DNA of 63,148 nucleotides from a virus (lineage: Duplodnaviria; Caudoviricetes). Shown piece after piece: positions 57,369 to 63,148 of this stretch. The first letter of the stretch is position 1. Every line of letters starts with the position of its first letter. The stretch is from positions 1 to 63,148 of IMG/VR virus record IMGVR_UViG_3300046804_003073; one strand, 5' to 3'. A program made the translations under genes and the position numbers. The notes under the pieces were generated by a model. That model worked only from the letters and a program-made list of their open reading frames with translations. It was not told the origin of the DNA and did no database searches.

Positions 57369-57549
57369 GTCAATCAAAAAGTATGTTAACCATCCTTATA
57401 ACTGTCCATATTGCGGAGATCTTATGATTGAGGCTATAGATCGGGACTATGAATTGGAGGTTATTTCCCAGAAGTGTAGGTGTTTAGCCTGCGAAAAGGT
57501 CTGGGTTGAGATCTTCAAACTGGTCGATATAGAGGAAGGCTTTGAATGA
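57355..57549 (+). CDS. Zinc-ribbon protein
   Basis: CPYC...CLAC. Confidence 0.55.
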   Translation: MLTPESIKKYVNHPYNCPYCGDLMIEAIDRDYELEVISQKCRCLACEKVWVEIFKLVDIEEGFE

Positions 57550-57693
57550 TGTTTTGTGAGGACTGTAATAAGTTAAGCGTTGTCCTTTTGGATGATGCCA
57601 GAGATAACGGTATCGATCCCTATTGGGTCGAGATTGAGTGTCTTGATTGTGATAGTAGATGGGTCCAGGATTGGATCCAGGGTGGCGAAAATA

Positions 57694-57969
57694 GTGACTA
57701 AGAAAAGCGGAAAGAGAAGAAAATTGAAGATTGTGAGGGTAGAAGCAAATGTCATCAAAGTGGATTTCAGGGAGAAAAAGATGTCGGAAGAGGAAAAGCG
57801 GGTCAATGAGTATCTGGAAAAGAACGGATATGAATCTGTTGAGGAATGGGCTTTAGACTCAGATTGCTGGTATGACGATGATGGGGGTATTTGGTATGAC
57901 GAGGATAACATTGAGATAGATATACATCAAAAGCTTTGGTATGTCGTTGACTCTCTGGATGATAGATAA
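57694..57969 (+). CDS. Hypothetical protein (start uncertain)
   Basis: 'GYESVEEWALDSD'; last + strand gene before a long gap. Confidence 0.45.
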   Translation: MTKKSGKRRKLKIVRVEANVIKVDFREKKMSEEEKRVNEYLEKNGYESVEEWALDSDCWYDDDGGIWYDEDNIEIDIHQKLWYVVDSLDDR

Positions 57970-58963
57970 CAATCCGGGCGGAAAAGAAATAATATGATAT
58001 ATATATACTCAGAATCTCATAGAATAGATATTCAGGAAGAATCTCTGATTAAGAAGAGAATACGTCTGTAAAAGATGGATACGTCTACAAGAATACCTGA
58101 TAAGAAAGCCCATACGTCTGTAAACAAGGCTTAACGAACGCTCAATAAAGGCTTGTTTTTATTAAAAAGATGGGTGTTCTTAGCAATAATTGCTTGTAAA
58201 GTGCAAATAATTAACGAAAACTAGATAAAAATATACCCTGGGTGTTTCTATCTACCTCTATATATACAATACACTGGATAGAAAGGTAACTCCTTAGCCG
58301 GCCGGTATACATTGGATATACTTTCAAGCCGGCGAGGGGGTTACCCTCAGGATTAGAAACGATAGTAGCTCCACATAAAGGTATGAAGGTATTAGCATTA
58401 ATATTCTTATTTATAGCCGGCAAGATATTGTCTGAATTTTAGTGCGTCTATTTAGACGGTATATTCGGATATTACATGGATGTAATTTCGGTCTATGTAT
58501 GGGTCAATAAAACTCTTTGCCGGCTGAAAATAACTGGATATATCTCAGGTATAGAGAGGGGTATAGCATCGTCTATACCCCCAGGGATTGAGCACGATAA
58601 GGATTAACATTAGGATAAATGTAATCCAAAAGCTCTCCCATAAAGCTTCCTAAGGATTTGGATTAGGATTTGTATTAAAATTTTGATTTGTATGTCTAAC
58701 GTTAGAACGGGTGCTCTAACGTTAGAATATCTAACGTTAGAGCACCCGCCCCCCTCTAACGTTAGAAATTCCTCATGCTATCTCTAACGTTAGCCGGCCG
58801 GCTAATAGCTCAAAGCTCGACTCAAAGTTTCATGTAATTCAAGAATAATTTCACGAAATACAGCAGGAAATTAGCACCATTTTTTGTTTGTGCTATTGTG
58901 GATTTCGTGGACGAGGCTATTCACACAAATCCACAGTCAATTCACAACACAAAAGGAAACACA

Positions 58964-59266
58964 ATGGCACAGAATCAAAAGGGAGAAAATCCCACAGAAT
59001 TTGAGGTCGTCAATGCTGACGACATTCAGTTCGTCAAAAGGGGACGCAAGTCCAACGCCAATCCCGCACTCATTGAGGCACTCAAAGGTCTCAAAAAGGG
59101 TCAGGCTTTGGTTGTCTCAAACATGAAAGCTGATCCAAAGTCTGAGAATTACGGAACTGAAAAGTCCCGCATTTCCTCACAAATTCGGACAGCCTGTCGT
59201 CAGGCAAATCTCACCGGTTTCCGAATCCTTTGGACACCGACAGGCGTTCCGCAAGTCGTCGCCTAA
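58964..59266 (+). CDS. Small basic protein, paralog 1 of 3
   Basis: Extended -10 TGCTATTGT, AAAGGA RBS; EFEVVNADDIQFVKRGRK...FRILWTPTGVPQVV. Confidence 0.85.
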   Translation: MAQNQKGENPTEFEVVNADDIQFVKRGRKSNANPALIEALKGLKKGQALVVSNMKADPKSENYGTEKSRISSQIRTACRQANLTGFRILWTPTGVPQVVA

Positions 59267-59295
59267 TTCCAAATCCAAAGCCTCGTTCTAAGATT

Positions 59296-59326
59296 AACCT
59301 CGACAGAAATGTCGAGGTTTTTCTTT
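59296..59326 (+). terminator. Rho-independent terminator
   Basis: AACCTCGACA-GAAA-TGTCGAGGTT followed by TTTCTTT. Confidence 0.85.
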
Positions 59327-59615
59327 GCCTATTACTCCTAACGTTAGGCCGGCATAAAGGTTCTAACGTTAGGATTAGAAATTAGATTAGCTAACATAAA
59401 GCTCATAAAGTTAGGAATTGAGTATTAAATTTATCAAGTAATCCTCTAACGTTAGTGCGGGTGTAACGTTAGAGCAATTTCTAACGTTACACCCGCCGAA
59501 CCCTCTAACGTTAGACATAAAGGTGAAACTCTAACGTTAGAGATCGACTCCATTTCTAACGTTAGAATGTCTCTAACATTAGTGGTCTCTAACGTTAGCA
59601 GCCCCGGGCAAGAGA

Positions 59616-59645
59616 GAGGGCGGGCGACTTGCGCCGCCCGCCCTC
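59616..59645 (-). terminator. Terminator-like hairpin after paralog 2
   Basis: GAGGGCGGGCG/CGCCCGCCCTC stem. Confidence 0.6.
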
Positions 59646-59659
59646 GACCCCTGCGCCGA

Positions 59660-59959
59660 TCAGACGACGACCTGCGGGACTCCGGTCGGGGTCCACAGGA
59701 TACGGAACCCTGCGAGACCTGCCGCCTTGCACGCGGTACGGATCTGTGACGAGATCCGACTCTTGTCCGTTGCGTAGGTCTCCGCCTTCGGATCCTGCGC
59801 CATGCCTCGCAGGACGAGCGCGTTGCCCTTCGTGAGTTTGGCGAGAGCCTTCACGAGTTCGGGATCGGCGTTCGCCTTGCGTCCGCGACGGACGAACTGC
59901 ACAGACTCGGCGGATACGATCTCAAACTCACCCGCCTTCTTGTCCTTGTCTTCTGCCAT
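59660..59959 (-). CDS. Small basic protein, paralog 2 of 3
   Basis: TGCTAGTGT -10, GGAAGGG RBS; same motifs as paralog 1. Confidence 0.85.
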   Translation of the reverse strand: MAEDKDKKAGEFEIVSAESVQFVRRGRKANADPELVKALAKLTKGNALVLRGMAQDPKAETYATDKSRISSQIRTACKAAGLAGFRILWTPTGVPQVVV

Positions 59960-60311
59960 TCTGAACCCTTCCTGTGTTCTTCGGGATCCTCTCCCGATGA
60001 GAAGAACACTAGCAGTTTCTCTACCTTCTCCCAACTAGAAATCAGGATTTCTTTCAACGTTAGAGGATTTCTTTTCAACGTTAGAACTGGGTCGAAGCCG
60101 GCCTGTAACGTTAGGTAGCTACATAAAGGCCGGCTAACGTTAGAAAATTGATTGACAATACATAAAGGTATCTAACGTTAGAAAATACATTAAAGATTTC
60201 ATCACGAATCTCTAACGTTAGCACGGGCGTAACGTTAGAGGAGTTTCTAACGTTACGCCCGTCCAGCGCTCTAACGTTAGAGTGTTCTAACGTTAGATAG
60301 TCCCACCGAAA

Positions 60312-60343
60312 CAAGCCCGACGCTAACGATAGCGTCGGGCTTG
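60312..60343 (-). terminator. Terminator-like hairpin after paralog 3
   Basis: CAAGCCCGACGCTA-ACGA-TAGCGTCGGGCTTG. Confidence 0.65.
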
Positions 60344-60368
60344 CTCGCCGGTCTTTGCGCTAGGGGGA

Positions 60369-60650
60369 TTAGCGAACGACCTGCGGAACTCCGGTGGGTG
60401 TCCAGAGGATTCGGAAGTCAGCGATTCCTGCTGACTTACACGCTGTCCGAATCTGGGAAGAGATTCGGGACTTGTCGGTGGCGTATGTGTCCGACTTGGG
60501 ATTCTGTGCCAGACTCTTCAATACCAGAGCCTGACCCTTGCCCAACTTGCCAAGCGCACCGACCAGTTCGGGATTCACGCTTGCTTTGCGACCACGACGA
60601 ACGAACTGAATGTCCGACGCGCTCACCACCTCATACTCTTTGTCTGCCAT
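60369..60650 (-). CDS. Small basic protein, paralog 3 of 3
   Basis: TGCTAGTGT -10, GAAAGGG RBS; same motifs as paralog 1. Confidence 0.85.
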   Translation of the reverse strand: MADKEYEVVSASDIQFVRRGRKASVNPELVGALGKLGKGQALVLKSLAQNPKSDTYATDKSRISSQIRTACKSAGIADFRILWTPTGVPQVVR

Positions 60651-61045
60651 TGTGACCCTTTCTAGGTTCTGTCGGCTCCTCACCGACACCTAAGACACTA
60701 GCACCTAGAAACGCTATCCTAACTACAAATAGGGGTTTCTTCCAACGTTAGAGAAAAACTTTGAAACGTTAGAAGCTCCCATAAAGGCATCCCTATCGTT
60801 AGAAAATCCACTAAACTCCTGAACTTTCCTAACGTTAGGCCCGCCGGTGTTCTAACGTTGAGCGTCAACGTTAGAACACCGGCGCTAACGTTAGAGGATC
60901 CAAAAGGACGAACCCCGGAACGCTATGGTGGGGGTGCGCTCCGGGGTTCTAACGATACGGGCTGGAAAGGGTCAGTCCTATCGCTGACCACAATGATACC
61001 ACACGAAAGAAGGTCAGGGGTTAGAAAGCCCCTGACCTGCTAACG

Positions 61046-61303
61046 CTAGGCGAAAAGTTCGTTCCAACACTTCTGGCAGTATCCCGTCATGAAACGCTCA
61101 CGCTGATCTGCCGAAAGAAACGGGAAAGCCTGCTGAATGAGTGCGCCTGCTTCATACGCCTTGATCGCGCTGATCGGCAGGGCGAAGTAAGCAGACTGCT
61201 TACAGGTCGGGCAAGCGCGACTGGCACACGCTGAATGTGTGCTTCCTAGTCTGCCTGCTTCCTGTATTGCTTCTTTCGGGTCGGTGTATTCCTTGTACTT
61301 CAT
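61046..61303 (-). CDS. Small zinc-binding phage protein
   Basis: 'CPTC...LIQQAFPFLSADQRE..MTGYC..CW'; GAAAGGGG RBS; hairpin at 61011-61038 downstream. Confidence 0.75.
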   Translation of the reverse strand: MKYKEYTDPKEAIQEAGRLGSTHSACASRACPTCKQSAYFALPISAIKAYEAGALIQQAFPFLSADQRERFMTGYCQKCWNELFA

Positions 61304-61583
61304 GATTACCCCTTTCAGTAGGTAAGGACATACTAGCACCTAGTAGGTCAAAAAATAGCCGATAAATAGAATTTCCTCTATCGTTATAAAGTTTTTCTTT
61401 ATCGTTAGAAAACCTACTAAATCTGCCGGCCAACCTAACGTTAGAAGCGCAGGCGTTCTAACATTAACAATTTAATGTTAGAACGCCTGCCTAACGTTAG
61501 AGAATCCTGGCGGGTTCTAACGTTACAGTCTCTAACGAAAGAAAAGGCGGGGATCTCTCGACCCCCGCCCTAACTTTAGGACT

Positions 61584-61907
61584 TCAGTCCTGCTCGCCGG
61601 TCTCTCCGAACATCATGTTCATCACGCCTGCGTGGAGCGCGTCACTCATCGTGATCTCGTTGTCGTTGTCCACGATACGCGCGACCTCTTTCGCCAGCGG
61701 TTCGTCAATAACCAACACAACGCGGAGAAACTTCATGATTCCTTCGGTTTCCAACGCTTCGGTCGCCAAGATGACCTTCTCGTCGTCAGCGAACACTTCG
61801 CGCAAGGCGCGCATCGCTGAGATGACCAGATCGGCGCTGTGCGCCCACATCGCGGAGAGATGTGCGCTCCGCTGTGCGTCCTTCTCCTCGTAGTTCTCCA
61901 TGACCAT
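61584..61907 (-). CDS. Hypothetical protein (cassette gene)
   Basis: TGCTAGTCT -10, GAAAGGG RBS, terminator at ~61541-61570. Confidence 0.7.
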   Translation of the reverse strand: MVMENYEEKDAQRSAHLSAMWAHSADLVISAMRALREVFADDEKVILATEALETEGIMKFLRVVLVIDEPLAKEVARIVDNDNEITMSDALHAGVMNMMFGETGEQD

Positions 61908-62202
61908 TCCCTTTCGTTAGAGGGTTCCCCATGAACCCATGACTTCAGACTAGCACTTTCCATTTCATTTCTGACTAGAAATAAAGATTATTTCTATCGT
62001 TATAAAGTTTTTTTGAAACGTTAGAACTCTACATAAAGTTGTCATCTATTGTTAGAAGCTCACTCAAATCGCTGGATGTTCTAACGTTAGGCCGACCGGT
62101 GTTCTAACGTTAGCGAGAAAACGTTAGAACACCGGCGCTTCTAACGTTAGGATTCGGGTTACGAGAGAGGGGAACCCTTGCGGATTCCCCTCTAACGCTA
62201 GG

Positions 62203-62394
62203 TCAGCGATTCTGGAAGTAGTTCGTGACTAACTCGCGGGCGTGACGCGCACCCTCACCCTCACCGTCGCCCAGCACGACGAGGAACAGAATCATTCCCC
62301 TATCGTTAGTCGGGACACTCTCCAACAGGGACTGAATACGAATCGCACCCTGATAGTCGTATCCGAACTCTCGTATTGCCTTTGACGATTCCAT
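62203..62394 (-). CDS. Hypothetical protein (cassette gene)
   Basis: GAAAGG RBS; hairpin at ~62166-62193 downstream. Confidence 0.65.
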   Translation of the reverse strand: MESSKAIREFGYDYQGAIRIQSLLESVPTNDRGMILFLVVLGDGEGEGARHARELVTNYFQNR

Positions 62395-62649
62395 CGTTAG
62401 AACCTTACCTTTCCTCGGTGACCTTCACCGATACCTTCACGGTACTACATAGTCTAAGGGTGAGTCTAGCCTTTTCCTCCAACGTTAGAAAAAAGTTTTG
62501 AACGTTAGAAAGCTCCCATAAAGATTATCTTTATCGTTAGAAGTCTACTAAACATCACACACAGTCTAACGTTAGAAGAACTGGCGCTCTAACGTTAAGC
62601 AGCAAACGTTAGAGCGCCAGCGCTAACGTTAGAAATCTGGGGAGAGAAA

Positions 62650-62675
62650 AGCGAACCCTAACGATAGGGTTCGCT
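62650..62675 (-). terminator. Rho-independent terminator
   Basis: AGCGAACCCTA-ACGA-TAGGGTTCGCT with a T-run on the minus strand. Confidence 0.7.
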
Positions 62676-62681
62676 CAACTC

Positions 62682-62831
62682 TTATTCGGGGAAATACTGG
62701 TCAAAGTCGTAGTACCAGTTCATCACCATCTGGTCTAACCATAGGAACAGGGCTGCACCACCGACGATGACGGTTGTCCAAAAGACGAACCTAACGATAG
62801 TGCGGATTTGGTAATAGCGACGAGTCCTCAT
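62682..62831 (-). CDS. Small membrane protein (49 aa)
   Basis: MRTRRYYQIRTIVRFVFWTTVIVGGAALFLWLDQ...; below the ORF-track cutoff. Confidence 0.6.
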   Translation of the reverse strand: MRTRRYYQIRTIVRFVFWTTVIVGGAALFLWLDQMVMNWYYDFDQYFPE

Positions 62832-62832
62832 C

Positions 62833-62961
62833 TCATCTCGCCTTCACAATTCGGAGTTTGCTCATTCCCCAGAGGTCACGAACATTCTCTACATACTTCT
62901 GGCACGACTTCCAGTCGCCCTGATGAACGACCATGCCATCGGGTCTGATTACCTGAAACAT
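62833..62961 (-). CDS. Small hypothetical protein (42 aa)
   Basis: MFQVIRPDGMVVHQGDWKSCQKY...; GGAAAGGA RBS; TTGACT-16-TAGACT promoter. Confidence 0.6.
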   Translation of the reverse strand: MFQVIRPDGMVVHQGDWKSCQKYVENVRDLWGMSKLRIVKAR

Positions 62962-63148
62962 TAGAGTGTCCTTTCCGTAGTGACCATCACCACTACTGAG
63001 AGTCTAGTAAATCCACCAGCTAAGTCAAGCATTTATTTTTCAACGTTAGAAGCTTTCCATAAAGGCTTTATCTATCGTTAGAACCTCACTAAACTCCGAC
63101 TATCCGCTAACGTTAGACCCGCTGGCGTTCAAACGTTAGGCTGCTAAC

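Larger units (their letters stand above)
58695..63148. repeat. Clustered CTAACGTTAG palindrome array interleaved with gene cassettes
   Basis: About 47 AACGTT cores (hand count) plus single-base variants, clustered between genes; continues past the window end. Confidence 0.95.

Noticed and set aside
59567-61963. Plus-strand ORFs overlapping the cassette genes (e.g. 59629, 59802, 60341, 61615)
   Set aside because: Antisense shadows in GC-rich DNA; promoters, RBSs and terminators support the minus-strand genes.
58695-63148. CRISPR array
   Set aside because: Repeats are 10-12 bp, irregularly spaced and interleaved with genes; there is no constant 25-45 bp repeat/spacer period and no cas operon.
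58695-63148. Classical integron or IS/REP-tyrosine transposase locus
   Set aside because: No integrase or transposase in the window; cassettes carry their own promoters; the hairpin arms are perfect and lack attC-type extrahelical bases.

Overview
This is a 63-kb segment of a large, AT-rich, tailed dsDNA phage genome, almost certainly infecting Actinobacteria. Evidence for the host: two WhiB-like genes, an MSMEG_6728-like gene, an r1t-like holin and a short-arm tRNA-Leu. The gene order is reminiscent of Streptomyces cluster BE/BK-type siphoviruses (inference). Layout: tail module (1-12.4 kb); replication, recombination and modification genes including DnaB, primase, SSB, DnaE, RecA, a C5 methyltransferase, Cas4-like nuclease, RuvC, glycosyltransferases and terminase (12.4-37 kb); about 45 small accessory genes plus four tRNAs and candidate structured RNAs (37.5-58 kb); and an unusual region from 58.7 kb to the window end. 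That last region is a periodic array of self-contained expression cassettes (promoter, 5' hairpin, RBS, small gene, terminator). They are separated by clusters of the palindrome CTAACGTTAG (about 47 AACGTT cores by hand count), and each cluster holds a 40-43 bp inverted repeat whose arms covary. The first three cassettes encode paralogs of one small basic protein. Other notable signals are strong over-representation of GCCGGC, a nested alternative-frame ORF in the methyltransferase gene resembling the M.EcoHK31I beta polypeptide, and a tRNA-Ile(UAU). All functional calls come from motif recognition by eye, not from database searches.
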